From Nitrospinales bacterium (GTDB lineage: Bacteria; Nitrospinota; Nitrospinia; Nitrospinales; VA-1): a stretch of 64,000 bases of DNA. Every line of letters starts with the position of its first letter. Within the stretch, counting starts at the first letter, position 1. The DNA is taken from assembly GCA_965223795.1 (NCBI GenBank), contig CBDCXL010000002.1, positions 192,001-256,000 on the forward strand. Reading direction: 5' to 3'. The notes under the pieces are model-generated. The model was given only the letters and a program-made list of their open reading frames with translations, had not been told where the DNA came from and searched no databases. Both the position numbers and the translations under genes were made by a program. Shown here piece after piece: positions 1 through 9,534 of this stretch.

Positions 1-1
1 G

Positions 2-604
2 GCCAATGCCATCCGCCCGATCAGCGAATCCCACGTTCTGGAAAGAGCCGATAACCCAACACCGGCCTATTCCTCTAACGGAAAAGGAGGGTCGCTGACG
101 CCCGCTTCCGCAAAACGGATCGAGCCATCGCCGGTCAATCCGACTGCACAGGCAGGACAGCGTCCCGTATCCATTAAAGGTAGCCGGCAGACCGAGGCGC
201 GGATTCCGGCGCGCAAACCGCTGAAATCGGCGGCGCTTTCCATAGATTCTGCAAAGGCGAGCCCGCTCTCCCCCGAACCGTCCGAGAGCCCATCCGCCAA
301 TGTGGACACAATTCGCAAGGGCTTTTTGAAGGTGGTTTGGAGTAAAATATTTGAAGAAAAGTACTATCCCCAGTCCGCCCGGGACCGTGGCTATGAAGGG
401 ATGCCCGTGGTGGCGTTCACCCTGGGGAAAAACGGCGACTTGAAAGACTATTCCATTGTAAAATCATCGACGCATAAACTGCTGGATCGAGCGGCGCTGG
501 ATGCGGTGAAGTCGGCGAGTCCGTTTCCGCCCATTCCCGGCCCGCTCAAACAGGATTCAATCCGTTTCAATCTTCCTATATCTTTTATACTGGAGGAGCC
601 ATGA
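2..604 (+). CDS. tonB: TonB family energy transducer, 5'-truncated by the window edge
   Basis: Frame is open from base 2 and is Pro/Ser-rich. It ends in a TonB_C-like domain (YYPQSARDRGYEG...SSTHKLLDRAALDAVKSASPFPP). Confidence 0.85.
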   Translation, partial: ANAIRPISESHVLERADNPTPAYSSNGKGGSLTPASAKRIEPSPVNPTAQAGQRPVSIKGSRQTEARIPARKPLKSAALSIDSAKASPLSPEPSESPSANVDTIRKGFLKVVWSKIFEEKYYPQSARDRGYEGMPVVAFTLGKNGDLKDYSIVKSSTHKLLDRAALDAVKSASPFPPIPGPLKQDSIRFNLPISFILEEP

Positions 605-1329
605 TCCTTAACCCAAAAATCGGGGCTTTTTTTCTGGCCGTCTGGTTGTGGGCGTCCCCCGGCATCGCGGAAGTGCTTCAGATCGACAGCGACTTCGACG
701 GCAAACTCGATCAGTGGCACGAGATGTCCGACAACGGGCAACTGGTCAAGGTCGAGTACGACACCAACGGCGACGGCAAACTCGATCAGGTGGACATCTT
801 CGAGGGCAACAAAAGTCCGGTGCTGGCGAAGCTGGACCGCAACTTCGACGGCGTGCTGGACCAGTTCCAGTTCTACAGCAAGGACGGCAGGCTGGAACGG
901 GTCGAGAAGGACTCCCGCTTCAAAGGCCTGGTCGACTGGAAAGAGTATTTCGGTTCCAACAAGAAACCGACCCGCATCGAGTCGGACAACAATCTCGACG
1001 GCAAGATGGACGTGTTCCAGTTTTTCAACGCCGAGGGAAACCTCGTCCGCGCGGAATTCGACACGGAACATAAGGGCCGCATCGACCGCTGGGAATATTT
1101 CACGGGAGACAATATTTTACAATCGGCGGCGTTCGATTCGAACGGCGACGGCAAGCAGGATCAGTGGCAGTACTTCGTCGATTCCAACCGGCTCGAAAAG
1201 GTGGAGTTCGACGTCAATTTCGACGGCAACGTGGACCGCTGGGAGTATTTCGATCCCGATGGCAAGCTGTTGCGCGTGGAATTGGATCGCAATCACGACG
1301 GGAAAATGGATCTCGTCCAAAGAAAATAA
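601..1329 (+). CDS. Exported repeat protein with ~10 D-x-[DN]-x-D-G repeats (putative Ca2+-binding)
   Basis: Signal peptide, then ~23-aa repeats such as DSDFDGKLDQW, DTNGDGKLDQV and DVNFDGNVDRW. ATGA overlap with tonB. Confidence 0.75.
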   Translation: MILNPKIGAFFLAVWLWASPGIAEVLQIDSDFDGKLDQWHEMSDNGQLVKVEYDTNGDGKLDQVDIFEGNKSPVLAKLDRNFDGVLDQFQFYSKDGRLERVEKDSRFKGLVDWKEYFGSNKKPTRIESDNNLDGKMDVFQFFNAEGNLVRAEFDTEHKGRIDRWEYFTGDNILQSAAFDSNGDGKQDQWQYFVDSNRLEKVEFDVNFDGNVDRWEYFDPDGKLLRVELDRNHDGKMDLVQRK

Positions 1330-1338
1330 ACGGAGTGT

Positions 1339-1761
1339 TTGATGATTTCACATTGCAAGCTGGGGAGCGTACTCCTTCTGGGTCTGTTTCTGGCTTCCTG
1401 CTCCCCCCAGCCGACCAAGCAGGTTTCACCGGAAGCCCAGAAAGGCCAGAAAATTTTTCACCAGGTCTGCGCCAACTGTCACGGGCCCGACGCGATGGGC
1501 GACCACACCAAAGCCCCCAAATTGATCGACGTGGAGTTTCTGGCGCCCAATTTTTCGGACGATGAAATCCGGGAAACCATCGTCAAGGGCATCAACAAAA
1601 TGCCCTCGCAGCGCAGCAAGGTCTCGGATGAAGAGATCGACGAAATCATCAAATACCTGCGTTTCTCACAGAACGCCGCCGGGCTGGCGGTGGAAGACGA
1701 ACCGGAAGAGGATGAGGGTATGGTTTTCGAAGAGGAAACCACAGAGGACACGGCTTCCTGA
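1339..1761 (+). CDS. Monoheme c-type cytochrome lipoprotein
   Basis: Lipobox-like LASC, CANCH heme motif, distal Met (KMP), acidic tail. Confidence 0.85.
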   Translation: MMISHCKLGSVLLLGLFLASCSPQPTKQVSPEAQKGQKIFHQVCANCHGPDAMGDHTKAPKLIDVEFLAPNFSDDEIRETIVKGINKMPSQRSKVSDEEIDEIIKYLRFSQNAAGLAVEDEPEEDEGMVFEEETTEDTAS

Positions 1762-1825
1762 ACGTTTGCCCTCGAACCCTTTTCACTCTGAACGCCGGCC
1801 GAATTTTGGTTGAGGATGCGCTCCG

Positions 1826-2899
1826 ATGTCCGATGCAATCGCAATCACGCTCAAGGAAATCGCTCCGGTTCCGGCCGCAGCGATGCGAGACGCCCAGGCG
1901 CATCTCGACCGGCTGACGAAACCGGTGGGGAGCCTGGGACGGCTTGAAGAGCTGGCCTGTCGGCTCGCGGCCATCTTCTCCCCTGATCCGCCCGTGCTGC
2001 GAAAAAAAACCGTGTTCGTGTTCGCGGCCGATCACGGCGTCGCCCAAGAAGGCGTCAGCGCGTACCCGGCGGACGTGACGCCGCAGATGGTGCTCAACTT
2101 CCTCAACGGCGGCGCGGCGATCAATGTGCTGGCGAAACACGCGGGCGCGGAAGTCGTCGTGGTGGACATGGGCGTCGCTCACGATTTCGGACCGCTGCCG
2201 GATCTTCTCGACCGGAAAATCGCGCACGGCACGCGGAACATGGCCGTAGGCCCCGCCATGACGCGGGAGCAGGCGGAACGGGCGGTGTGCACCGGCATCG
2301 AGCTGGCGCGTGAATGGACGGCGAACGGCGCCGATCTCCTGGCGGTGGGCGAGATGGGCATCGGCAACAGCACCGCGGCTTCGGCCCTGCTTTCGGTGTA
2401 CGGCGGACGGCCCGTACAGGAGGTGACGGGAACCGGAACGGGCATCGACGCGGACGCACTCAAACAAAAGATCGCGGTGATCGAACGCGCCATCGCGTTG
2501 AACCAGCCGGATGCGGAGGACCCGCTGGACGGCCTCGCCAAGGTCGGCGGGTTCGAGATCGCCGCCATCACCGGATGCGTTCTGGGGGCTGCGGCCTGCC
2601 GCAGGCCGGTGGTGATCGACGGGTTGATCTCGAGCGCGGGAGCGCTTCTGGCTCATCAACTCGAAACGGCGGTGGCCGATTACATCTTCTGCTCACACCG
2701 GTCCACGGAGCCGGGCCACGCGGTGTTCTTCGAACGCTTCGGCGGCGCGCCGCTGTTCGATTTTTCCATGCGGCTTGGCGAAGGCACCGGCGCGGCGCTG
2801 GCGATCTCCATGCTGGAAGCGGCGGTGCGCCTCTACTCGGAGATGGCGACCTTCGAGAGCGCGCAGGTGTCCCCGCGCGTCAACGGGGGTGCTCCGTGA
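1826..2899 (+). CDS. cobT: Nicotinate-nucleotide--dimethylbenzimidazole phosphoribosyltransferase
   Basis: Motifs LTKPVGSLGRLE, FAADHGV, GEMGIGNS, MRLGEGTGA. Confidence 0.95.
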   Translation: MSDAIAITLKEIAPVPAAAMRDAQAHLDRLTKPVGSLGRLEELACRLAAIFSPDPPVLRKKTVFVFAADHGVAQEGVSAYPADVTPQMVLNFLNGGAAINVLAKHAGAEVVVVDMGVAHDFGPLPDLLDRKIAHGTRNMAVGPAMTREQAERAVCTGIELAREWTANGADLLAVGEMGIGNSTAASALLSVYGGRPVQEVTGTGTGIDADALKQKIAVIERAIALNQPDAEDPLDGLAKVGGFEIAAITGCVLGAAACRRPVVIDGLISSAGALLAHQLETAVADYIFCSHRSTEPGHAVFFERFGGAPLFDFSMRLGEGTGAALAISMLEAAVRLYSEMATFESAQVSPRVNGGAP

Positions 2900-3807
2900 A
2901 AACCGGGCTGCGCCTCGCACTCCTACTGCTCCTTGCATTCTCTGCCCTGCCCGCCTTTGCCTTCGACGACGATTCGACCGACGACACGCGCAGCCTGCTT
3001 GAGATCCGCACGATCTGCGGCAACGGGCGCACGGTGCTCGACACGGATCTCAACAAGTTTTCCTGCGCGGGCGACGAGGTGTACCTCAACCAGCTGGAGT
3101 CCGGGCTGTTCAAGAACGGTGAGGAGATCACGCACGAACGGGTTCTCGACTTCAAGGTGTCCCGCGGCGGCGCGGTTTACTACCTGACCGAAATCGGCCC
3201 GTACCTCCATGATGAAGGCGGCCGTCTCAACAGCAATGGCGGCACGGTGGTGCTGTTTCTGGTTTCCTCAAGCGGCGACGTGGTCTATCTCAACGACCGC
3301 GGCGACGTGTTTAAAAACGGCAGGGAGATCAACCGCGGTCCGGCGCGGGTGCGCATCGAATCGGTGGAAATCTCTTTCCTCAGTGAACGGATCGACCTGA
3401 TCCTCAACCCGGCGGTGGCGCGCAACGGCAAGGCGATCTACATCAACGAGGGGGGCCAGCTTTTCGTGGACGGCGACCGCATCAATCCGCTGACCAGCAA
3501 CAACCTCCTGGCGTTCAAGATCAACTCCACGGGAGACGTTTATTATCTGGACGATCAGAACCGGCTGTTCCGCAACAAGGTGCGGCTGTTCGACGGCCGT
3601 TTCCGGGTGATCGAATTTCAGCTTTCCAATGTGGGCGAGGTGGCGTACCTCACCGACGGGATCTCCAAGAACCTGTATCTGGAAGACCACCCGCTGTCGG
3701 CAGGCGCGACCCGTGTGGTGAGTTTCCGCTTCAACAGCCGGGGGGAAATCGTCTATCAGGACGCACTGGGCCGGACCTGGAAAAACGGCCGGCGCCTCGA
3801 CCGCTGA
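2896..3807 (+). CDS. Exported beta-repeat (propeller-like) hypothetical protein
   Basis: GTG start overlapping the cobT stop, signal peptide ending AFA, repeated F-x-[VI]-x-x-x-G-x-V-x-Y-L units. Confidence 0.65.
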   Translation: MKTGLRLALLLLLAFSALPAFAFDDDSTDDTRSLLEIRTICGNGRTVLDTDLNKFSCAGDEVYLNQLESGLFKNGEEITHERVLDFKVSRGGAVYYLTEIGPYLHDEGGRLNSNGGTVVLFLVSSSGDVVYLNDRGDVFKNGREINRGPARVRIESVEISFLSERIDLILNPAVARNGKAIYINEGGQLFVDGDRINPLTSNNLLAFKINSTGDVYYLDDQNRLFRNKVRLFDGRFRVIEFQLSNVGEVAYLTDGISKNLYLEDHPLSAGATRVVSFRFNSRGEIVYQDALGRTWKNGRRLDR

Positions 3808-3933
3808 CCCCGCAGCCCCGCTTCAGACCTCGATGCTTGACACCTTCCGTTTTTTTGTCTAGATTGTTCGGCTGAACTCCATTCACCATCACCACTCACA
3901 CCCCTCGTTCGGGAATCCGGAGACCCTGGCACT

Positions 3934-5175
3934 ATGGCTGAGAAAGAAAGTTACATCCAATCCCTCTTCGCGCAGCGGCTGGGAGGGAGCGCGTTCGGCA
4001 AAGACACGAAGATTTACAAATTCGAAAAGATCAAGCGGGCCAAGCGCGCCGCCCAGGCGGCTCACCCCGACAAGGAACTGTTCGACATGGGCGTCGGGGA
4101 ACCGGATGAAATGGCGTTTCCCGGTGTGGTGAAAACCCTGCAGCTGGAGGCGGAAAAACCGGAGAACCGCGGCTACACGGACAATGGCATCCAGGAGTTC
4201 AAGGATGCGGCGGTGAAATACATGAACGACATCTTCGGCGTTGGGGGACTCGATCCCGACAAACACATCAACCACACGATCGGCTCCAAACCGGGACTGG
4301 CGATGTTTCCCACGATTTTCATCGATCCGGGAGACGTCATCCTCATGACGGTTCCGGGCTATCCGGTGATGGGCACGCACAGCCAGTTTCTGGGAGGCAG
4401 CGTCGTCAACCTGCCGCTGAAGGAAGAGAACGGTTTTCTTCCCGACCTCAAAAGCATCGATGCCAAAACGCTGCAAAAAACCAAGGTGCTGTATCTCAAC
4501 TACCCGAACAACCCCACAGGAGCCAACGCCACGCGCGCGTTTTATGAAGAGGTCGTCGCGTTCGCCAAAAAGAACAACGTCATCGTGGTGCAGGACGCCG
4601 CCTACGCGGCATTGACCTACGACAACGAGCCGCTGAGCTTTCTTTCGGTTCCGGGGGCGATGGATGTGGGCGTGGAGTTTCATTCGCTCTCGAAAGCCTA
4701 CAACATGACGGGCTGGCGGCTGGCGTTCGTGGTGGGCAACGAACTGATCGTGAACGGCGTCGCGCATGTGAAGGACAACATCGACTCCGGCCAGTTCGGC
4801 GCGATTCAGAAAGCCGGTGTGCACGCGCTCAACAATCCGGACATCACACGGCAGATCACGGAAAAGTACCGGCGCAGGCTTTCGCTCATGGTGGACACGC
4901 TCAAGTCGGTTGGTTTCCAGGCGTCGATGCCGGGCGGTTCGTTCTTTTTGTATGTGAAAGCGCCGAAGGGCATCGAGGGCGGGCCGGACTTCGCCACGGG
5001 CGAGGATTTTTCGCAATACCTGATCAAGGAAATGATGATCTCCACCGTGCCCTGGGACGACGCGGGACCGTATGTGCGATTTTCGGCGACGTTCAACGCG
5101 AAAGAGTCTACGGACGAAACCCGCATCATGGATGAGATCAAACAAAGACTGTCCGCGGTGAAGTTCAAGTTTTAG
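3934..5175 (+). CDS. dapL: LL-diaminopimelate aminotransferase
   Basis: Class I/II PLP aminotransferase motifs (NYPNNPTG, DAAY, FHSLSKAYNMTGWR) and a DapL-type N-terminus (YKFEKIKRAK). Confidence 0.85.
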   Translation: MAEKESYIQSLFAQRLGGSAFGKDTKIYKFEKIKRAKRAAQAAHPDKELFDMGVGEPDEMAFPGVVKTLQLEAEKPENRGYTDNGIQEFKDAAVKYMNDIFGVGGLDPDKHINHTIGSKPGLAMFPTIFIDPGDVILMTVPGYPVMGTHSQFLGGSVVNLPLKEENGFLPDLKSIDAKTLQKTKVLYLNYPNNPTGANATRAFYEEVVAFAKKNNVIVVQDAAYAALTYDNEPLSFLSVPGAMDVGVEFHSLSKAYNMTGWRLAFVVGNELIVNGVAHVKDNIDSGQFGAIQKAGVHALNNPDITRQITEKYRRRLSLMVDTLKSVGFQASMPGGSFFLYVKAPKGIEGGPDFATGEDFSQYLIKEMMISTVPWDDAGPYVRFSATFNAKESTDETRIMDEIKQRLSAVKFKF

Positions 5176-5237
5176 CGGACTGCCGGGCGGCATTGAGTCC
5201 GTCCGTGGAGACAATCCGCGAGAGCGGATGGCATGAC

Positions 5238-5732
5238 ATGGAACACCTCGCTTACATCGGAATCGGCTCCAACCTGGGACTGCCCGAGGAAAATTGCAAC
5301 CAGGCGATCGAACTGATCGCCGGCCATCCCGACATCGCAGTGCTGAAGCGCTCCGCGTTGTACGAATCGGAACCGGTGGGCGTGACGGATCAGGCCTGGT
5401 TCGTGAACGGGGCGGTGAAAGTGCGGACGGAACTGGATCCGGGCCCGCTGCTTCTGGAACTGCTGACGATCGAAAACGAAATGGGCCGGGTGCGCCAGCA
5501 CAAATGGGGACCGCGCATCATCGATCTTGACCTTTTGCTGTACGAAGACCAGGTGCTGCACTCGCCCGATCTGGATCTCCCGCATCCGGAATTGGCGCGC
5601 CGCGGGTTCGTGCTGCTCCCTCTCTGCGACCTGGACCCTGGATTCATCCATCCGGTCGAACGCAAATCCCTCGAAACGCTTTTGTCCGAACTTCCGGACG
5701 ATCAGACGGTGCGGCGGCTGCCTTCAGTGTGA
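5238..5732 (+). CDS. folK: 2-amino-4-hydroxy-6-hydroxymethyldihydropteridine diphosphokinase
   Basis: Motifs AYIGIGSNLG, WGPRIIDLDLL, LPHP. Confidence 0.95.
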   Translation: MEHLAYIGIGSNLGLPEENCNQAIELIAGHPDIAVLKRSALYESEPVGVTDQAWFVNGAVKVRTELDPGPLLLELLTIENEMGRVRQHKWGPRIIDLDLLLYEDQVLHSPDLDLPHPELARRGFVLLPLCDLDPGFIHPVERKSLETLLSELPDDQTVRRLPSV

Positions 5733-6914
5733 CGCGTCGAGCTCCACCATCTCGGTCGCCGCGATCGCTTTTTCCGCAAGTTCACTCCAGGGGAAACGCG
5801 ATTCATCCCTTGCCAGCACATCCTCGCGGCTTTTGGTCACCGGCCGGTCGGGCATGAACACGGAGCAGCAGTCGGGCTGCGGTTCGATGCTGGTCTCGAA
5901 GGTGCCGATTTTTTTCGCGCGGGCGATGATCTCCTGTTTTTCCATGCCGATGAGTGGACGGAACACGCTCATCGGCACGACCGACGACACAGCCGCCAGA
6001 TTCTCCAGCGTCTGCGACGCCACCTGCCCGAGCGACTCGCCGGTGACCAGGCCGAGATACCGGTTGGTTTCGGCGATGGACCGGGCGATGCGGTACATCA
6101 TCCTGCGGTAGAGCACCACGCGGTTGGCGGGAGTGCAGGCGTCGCGGATGGCCACCTGCATGTCCTGAAAAGGCACGACGAACAACCGGCTTTTCTGCTG
6201 GTAGCCGTTGAGGATGCGCGCCAGCTTGACGACTTTGTCGTGACCGCCGCGGCCCAGAAAAGTGCGGTTATCGAAGAAGATGAAATGCACGCGGCAGCCG
6301 CGCGCCATCATGAGATACGACGCGACCGGGCTGTCGATGCCGCCGGAGAGCAGGCTCAGCACTTCGCCGGAGCTGCCGACGGGAAGGCCGGGGATGCCCG
6401 GAACGCGCTGGTCGAACAGGACGGTCTCCTGCCGGTCGAGCTCGATTTCGATCACCCGGTCGGCGTTTTTGATATCCACGGTCAAGCCTTTTTGCGCCAG
6501 CGCGCCCATGATGCGGGACCCGACGGCGTGGTTGATTTCGGTCGAAGTCATGGGATAGGCCTTGTCACGGCGATGGGTCTGCACGCAGAACCGAAGCGTC
6601 TGACCTTCCGTCAGATGCGGCTCGACCCGTTCGATGCCCAGCCGGGCCATGTCCTCGACTTCAGGGGCAACGGGAATGCCGACGCTGAATGAGGAAATGC
6701 CGGGCACTTTCGGCAGGCGGCGGGCGCATTCTTCGGCGCGGCGCTGGTCCGTGTCGATGAGGATGCGGCCGCGCGGCACGCGAAAGCGCAGCCCTTCCAG
6801 ACCGGCGAGCGCGGCGCGGATGTTGTTCAGCAGGCAGGTTTCGAAGAACCTGCGGTTTTTTCCTTTGAGAGCGATCTCGTCGTAGCGGATGACGACGATC
6901 CATTGTTCCGTCAT
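5724..6914 (-). CDS. thiI: tRNA 4-thiouridine synthase ThiI (no rhodanese domain)
   Basis: EIALKGKNR, THUMP region, PP-loop SGGIDS, GESLGQVASQT, DCC. Confidence 0.93.
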   Translation of the reverse strand: MTEQWIVVIRYDEIALKGKNRRFFETCLLNNIRAALAGLEGLRFRVPRGRILIDTDQRRAEECARRLPKVPGISSFSVGIPVAPEVEDMARLGIERVEPHLTEGQTLRFCVQTHRRDKAYPMTSTEINHAVGSRIMGALAQKGLTVDIKNADRVIEIELDRQETVLFDQRVPGIPGLPVGSSGEVLSLLSGGIDSPVASYLMMARGCRVHFIFFDNRTFLGRGGHDKVVKLARILNGYQQKSRLFVVPFQDMQVAIRDACTPANRVVLYRRMMYRIARSIAETNRYLGLVTGESLGQVASQTLENLAAVSSVVPMSVFRPLIGMEKQEIIARAKKIGTFETSIEPQPDCCSVFMPDRPVTKSREDVLARDESRFPWSELAEKAIAATEMVELDASH

Positions 6915-8101
6915 TTACCGGCCGCGTTTTTCAGGAAGGTGGGGAAGAGCACCGCGTGGGCTTTGGCAAACGCTTCCAAAAAACGCTCGACATGCCCGGC
7001 CGTGTTTTCGGGACCGAAGGAGATCCTGAGGCTGCAACGCGCCTCCTCTTCGGTTCTGCCGAGGCCGGTGAGGATCTGCGAGGGTTCTTTGGAGTGTGCG
7101 CTGCACGCACTGCCCAGGCCCACGTAGATCTCCTGTTCCTCCAGATGATGCAGGAGCACCTCTCCCTCAACGGGGGGAAAGCTGAAATTCACAATAGACG
7201 GAGACTGCCGCGACGCATCGTCCACCGGCAGGGAATTGAATTTCAGATTGAGATTGCCGCACCGCGATTCCAGCTCCATGAGTCCTGCGATCAAAAGACC
7301 GCTCAGTTTCCGGTAATGCGCTTCGTTTTCGTTCTGCGTCGCGGCCGCGAGGCGGACGCTTTCCGCCAGCCCCACGATCAAGGGCAGCGGCAGGGTTCCC
7401 GAACGGACGCCGCCCTGCTGTCGGCCGCCGTGAATCTGCGGAGCGAGCGACAAGCGGGAGTCGTAAGCCAGCAGCCCGATGCCTTTGGGCCCCTGAATTT
7501 TGTGGGCCGACACCGAATAGCCGGAGACGCCCTGCCAAAGTTCCCCGGCGATCGCCAGCTTGCCCACAGCCTGGACACCGTCGAGGAAAAGACGGGTCTG
7601 CGGCGCTTCCCGCTTGAGCGCCGCCGCCAGGGGGGACGGCGGATTGACGGTCCCGAGCTCGTTGTTGACGTGCGAGAGACAAAGCAGCCGGACGCGGTTT
7701 TCCTTGAGAAGCGGTATCGCGGACAAATCGAGCCGGCCTTCTTTCTGATGGTCGAGCAGCACAAGCGGTGCGTTGCCGAACGGCTCCAGGGAGCGCAAAG
7801 ACTGGGTGACGCTGGGGTGCTCCAGCCCGAGACAGGCGGTTTTGCGGTCGGGAAAGCAGAGCCCCTTGATGAACAGGTTGTTCGATTCGCTGCCGCCGCT
7901 GGTGAACACGATCCGGTGCGTGGACGGGATGCGCAGGGCCTCGGCGATCTGACCGGCGGCGGATTCGATGCGGCGTTTGGCGTCGAGACCGATCCGGTAC
8001 ACCGTGCCTGAATTGGCGAATTCTTCGCGCATGGCGCGGGTCACGGTTTCGGTCACCCTGGGGTGCATGGGCGTGGTCGCGGCGTGGTCCAGGTAAATCA
8101 T
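6911..8101 (-). CDS. Cysteine desulfurase (NifS/IscS family), probable dedicated sulfur donor for ThiI
   Basis: IYLDHAATT, FTSGGSESNN, SAHK, GSACS. Translationally coupled to thiI. Confidence 0.9.
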   Translation of the reverse strand: MIYLDHAATTPMHPRVTETVTRAMREEFANSGTVYRIGLDAKRRIESAAGQIAEALRIPSTHRIVFTSGGSESNNLFIKGLCFPDRKTACLGLEHPSVTQSLRSLEPFGNAPLVLLDHQKEGRLDLSAIPLLKENRVRLLCLSHVNNELGTVNPPSPLAAALKREAPQTRLFLDGVQAVGKLAIAGELWQGVSGYSVSAHKIQGPKGIGLLAYDSRLSLAPQIHGGRQQGGVRSGTLPLPLIVGLAESVRLAAATQNENEAHYRKLSGLLIAGLMELESRCGNLNLKFNSLPVDDASRQSPSIVNFSFPPVEGEVLLHHLEEQEIYVGLGSACSAHSKEPSQILTGLGRTEEEARCSLRISFGPENTAGHVERFLEAFAKAHAVLFPTFLKNAAGK

Positions 8102-8128
8102 GTCAATGCTTCCGGTTGCGGGATCGGT

Positions 8129-8683
8129 TCACGGTTCGTAGGGCGGCATGAGCTCCTGATCCATTCCCAGATGATCGAGGATGCGCGCCACCACGAAATC
8201 CACCAGGTTCTCGACCGTGTTTGTGCCCTGGTAGAATCCCGGAGACGCGGGCAGGATCAGGGCTCCCGCCTGATCCAGGGCGAGCAGGTTTTTCAGGTGA
8301 ATGGTGCTGAACGGGGTCTCTCTGGGAACGGCGATCAGTTTTCTTTTTTCTTTCAGAATCACGTCGGCGGCGCGTTCGATCAACGATTCGGAAATTCCCG
8401 CGGCGATGCGGCCGAGCGTCCCCATGCTGGCCGGAACGATCACCATGCCGTCGGTGGCGTACGATCCGCTGGCGATCGAAGTGTTGATGCGGGAATTTTT
8501 ATGCACTGTGACATTTTCTTTTTCAAAGTAGGAAGCCTTGAGCCCCAGTTCGAGATGCAGCAGTTCCTGGCCGCGGTCGGAGAGGATCACGTGGATCTCC
8601 GCTTTCGACTGCAGGCAGTCGAACAGGCGCCGGGCGTAACAGGCGCCGCTCGCTCCGGTGATGGCCAGGATGAACCGTTTCAT
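8129..8683 (-). CDS. ubiX: Flavin prenyltransferase
   Basis: ITGASG, SIASGS, RAADVILKE, PRETP, PASPGFY. Confidence 0.93.
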   Translation of the reverse strand: MKRFILAITGASGACYARRLFDCLQSKAEIHVILSDRGQELLHLELGLKASYFEKENVTVHKNSRINTSIASGSYATDGMVIVPASMGTLGRIAAGISESLIERAADVILKEKRKLIAVPRETPFSTIHLKNLLALDQAGALILPASPGFYQGTNTVENLVDFVVARILDHLGMDQELMPPYEP

Positions 8684-9300
8684 CGTTCGCTCAATATCGG
8701 GATCAATTGCTGCATTTCGCGCACCAGGTTCGCGTGCACCGTTTCGATCGGCGGTTCGCTGTCGATCCTGCGGATTGCGGGGTCGGAGAAGCCGTCGAAA
8801 ATACGCTGAACCTCTATCAGGTAGTCGCGCTTTTCAAACGCGGAACGGGAGCCGCGGGAATCCTCGATCCGCTTCAGGCATTGTTCCGCAGACGCGGTGA
8901 ACAGGAACACCCGGTCCGGCCTGGGGGCGAATGCTTCGTTTTCCGCCAGAATCTTTTGCGGATCCAGCCCCAGCGCGCCCTGGTAGGCGGCGGTGGAAAA
9001 ATAGTACCGGTCGAGCAGCACGATGCGGTTGTCCGCAAGCGCCGGCCGGATGTTGTTTTCGACGTCTTCTTTCCGGTCCTCGATGAACCAGGCCAGCTCC
9101 TCTTCGGGAGCGGTGCTTCCCCTGCCCTTTTCCAGCAGATTGCGGATCTTCATGCCCCAGGGGCCGCGCGTCGGTTCGTACAGGCGCACCACAGGAACGC
9201 CGCACTGATTGAGATAGGCTTCCAGCAGGCCGCACTGGGTGCTTTTCCCGGTTCCGTCGATCCCTTCAAAAACAATCAAATAACCCCGGTCGAGCTGCAA
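8680..9300 (-). CDS. tmk: Thymidylate kinase (start approximate)
   Basis: FEGIDGTGKST P-loop and DRYYFSTAAYQG. Confidence 0.92.
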   Translation of the reverse strand: MQLDRGYLIVFEGIDGTGKSTQCGLLEAYLNQCGVPVVRLYEPTRGPWGMKIRNLLEKGRGSTAPEEELAWFIEDRKEDVENNIRPALADNRIVLLDRYYFSTAAYQGALGLDPQKILAENEAFAPRPDRVFLFTASAEQCLKRIEDSRGSRSAFEKRDYLIEVQRIFDGFSDPAIRRIDSEPPIETVHANLVREMQQLIPILSER

Positions 9301-9452
9301 TGAGTCTGCCTGCCTGTTGAATTGATGGATTCCGGCACACAGTGTATTCGATATTCGCCGGCGAAACAACTCGATTTAAAAAGGGCAAACACTTGTTTTT
9401 CAGGGCATTAACCCTGTTTCAACAGCAGCGGACACCGCCTGCGGCGCGGGGC

Positions 9453-9485
9453 AAAAAAAAACCGCCTGCCCCGGAGGGCAGGCGG
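9453..9485 (-). terminator. Intrinsic terminator after the MCP gene
   Basis: CCGCCTGCCC-cgga-GGGCAGGCGG stem with an A9 tract on + (U-tract on -). Confidence 0.85.
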
Positions 9486-9534
9486 CGGTTGAAGGGAAAC
9501 CCTTCGAGCTAAGTTCTGGTTGCCATCGAACCTA

